From assembly GCA_017651165.1 (NCBI GenBank), contig JAGCDH010000010.1, positions 17,658 through 81,657 of the forward strand: 64,000 bases of DNA. Direction: 5' to 3'. The stretch is from Bacilli bacterium. Lineage in GTDB: Bacteria > Bacillota_I > Bacilli_A > RFN20 > CAG-826. This document shows positions 62,985 to 64,000 of this stretch, one piece after another. Position numbers and translations under genes: made by a program. Below the pieces are notes generated by a model. It was not told the origin of the DNA and searched no databases. It saw only the letters and a program-made list of their open reading frames with translations. Every line of letters begins with the position of its first letter. Within the stretch, counting starts at the first letter, position 1.

Positions 62985-63058
62985 TGGCAGGGGTGACAAG
63001 AATCGAACTCGCATCAGCGGTTTTGGAGACCGTTGCACTGCCATTGTGCTACACCCCT
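62985..63058 (-). tRNA. tRNA-Trp (anticodon CCA)
   Basis: AGGGGTG...CACCCCTGCCA, D-arm GCAC-AATGGCA-GTGC, anticodon loop CTCCAAA and T-arm GCGAG-TTCGATT-CTTGT. Confidence 0.9.
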
Positions 63059-63087
63059 ATTGCGCTTTGATATTATTGCATAAACCA

Positions 63088-63546
63088 TTAACGGTTTTCA
63101 ACACTAATTAATTCACCATTACGATAAGTAAGAGTCATTTTGAAATATGGCTCGTGATTAATGAGTTTTGGTAGGAATGCTTTATCCCCTTCCCACATCG
63201 GATAATCATAGATATCTTTGATAGGAATCCATTTAAGATCACCTTCGTTACATTCAATCGTCTCGCCAGAAAAGTCAGTTATCTCATACACGTACATCAT
63301 CATTTTTATGTTTTCGTCTACGAATAAAACTTCTCCCGCACATTTTAAAGAATGCACGTCATAACCGGTTTCTTCTTTGACTTCTCTTATGGCGCATTGA
63401 TCGATGGTTTCGCCTTTTTCGACATGACCACCGACACCAATCCATTTGCCTTCATTGATGTCGTTTTTCTTTTTGTTGCGAAGCAAAAGAAGATAAGAGT
63501 TATCTCTTTTTAAGTAGATCATTGTTGTATCAATCACATCGGTCAT
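63088..63546 (-). CDS. NUDIX hydrolase (MutT-like)
   Basis: The Nudix box is GGHVEKGETIDQCAIREVKEETG. The ATG at 63546 gives MTDVIDTT. The track start at 63561 is a TTG. Confidence 0.8.
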   Translation of the reverse strand: MTDVIDTTMIYLKRDNSYLLLLRNKKKNDINEGKWIGVGGHVEKGETIDQCAIREVKEETGYDVHSLKCAGEVLFVDENIKMMMYVYEITDFSGETIECNEGDLKWIPIKDIYDYPMWEGDKAFLPKLINHEPYFKMTLTYRNGELISVENR

Positions 63547-63561
63547 GATACAAAGATACAA

Positions 63562-64000
63562 TTATGCTTGCGGATTATCAATATGTCCCACGAATATTGG
63601 TGTATCATTAGCGTCTTTAATAATGTAAATAAATGGCTGATTGAGTTTCACATCTAAAGTGTCAACTTCTTCCCTCCAAGAACCACCCTTGCCGCCTTCA
63701 GCGGCCATGGTCACGCTTTTAACAATCGTCCCATCTTCATTGAATTCGACTTGGTTTTTTTGTTTAAGGGTTTGGAGATAAATATTGATATTGTTGGTTG
63801 TTTCTGGATTAAAAGCGCCATGGAAAGAATCGTAATTATCATCATACATATCACCAAAGCCAAGGTTTTCTAAACAGAGACGGAAATCGATACTAGCGTT
63901 ATTCTTAAACTTTGGAGTTTGTAAATTCACAGTAATGTGGTGATTTTTAGGCAACACTTTATTATCTTCATTTTCTTGGAAAATATTGATGTCTTTGGTT
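63562..64000 (-). CDS. Serpin (protease inhibitor I4 family), C-terminal part. The N-terminus lies beyond the window.
   Basis: The frame is open to nt 64000. A reactive-centre-loop-like segment (VTMAAEGGKGGSW) is followed by the serpin C-terminal signature LNQPFIYIIKDANDTPIFVGHIDNP. Confidence 0.7.
   Translation of the reverse strand, partial: TKDINIFQENEDNKVLPKNHHITVNLQTPKFKNNASIDFRLCLENLGFGDMYDDNYDSFHGAFNPETTNNINIYLQTLKQKNQVEFNEDGTIVKSVTMAAEGGKGGSWREEVDTLDVKLNQPFIYIIKDANDTPIFVGHIDNPQA

Noticed and set aside
62225-63058. The repeat region as a prophage/ICE attachment-site scar, or as a CRISPR array.
   Set aside because: - The tRNA-fragment copies are inverted relative to the tRNA gene, whereas att duplications are direct.
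- There is no integrase or other mobile gene in the window.
- The units are ~377 bp with internal mosaic conservation, nothing like 25-40-bp CRISPR repeats.

Overview
This 64-kb window is a low-GC bacterial chromosome segment read with the standard genetic code (TGA acts as a stop). It holds about 55 protein genes, 10 single tRNA genes and no rRNA, CRISPR array, transposase or integrase.

Gene content mixes two classes:
- Housekeeping genes: rimO, nrdD/nrdG, folD, dCMP deaminase, recN, rpsU, rpmF, deoC, mtaB, rsmE.
- A very large set of predicted lipoproteins and surface proteins: a 5'-nucleotidase-like protein, a mutarotase, a Big_2 protein, a collagen-like protein, a Big_3/Big_2/C11 peptidase, a PAD/agmatine-deiminase-like protein, a CotH protein and two M6/InhA-like metalloproteases. 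Many are tethered by Ser-rich linkers and none has an LPXTG motif.

That pattern suggests a wall-less or Mollicutes-related (Acholeplasma/Anaeroplasma/RF39-like) or Erysipelotrichia-like Bacillota. This taxon call is inference only.

The signals most worth follow-up are:
1. A ~760-bp non-coding stretch (62225-62984) between tRNA-Trp and an ABC-transporter operon. It consists of two tandem ~377-383-bp units with mosaic conservation. Each unit carries an inverted copy of the 3' half of the adjacent tRNA-Trp, with a compensatory T-stem substitution in the diverged copy, an intrinsic terminator and clustered CCAGGAUG motifs.
2. A tandem pair of small genes (7234-7895), plus a degenerate third copy. 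They encode a conserved Nif11-like double-glycine leader fused to divergent zinc-ribbon-like Cys4 cores. No maturation or export genes lie nearby.
3. Several tRNAs with non-canonical universal positions: tRNA-Phe with T-loop CGCGCTC, tRNA-Thr with C55, and the initiator-like and Ile2-like tRNAs with C33.
4. A class III RNR whose NrdD carries a C-terminal CPNC thioredoxin-fold domain and is followed directly by a thioredoxin-reductase gene.
5. A run of three unusual surface lipoproteins at 35132-42981.

All family assignments come from motif recognition by eye. No database search was possible.
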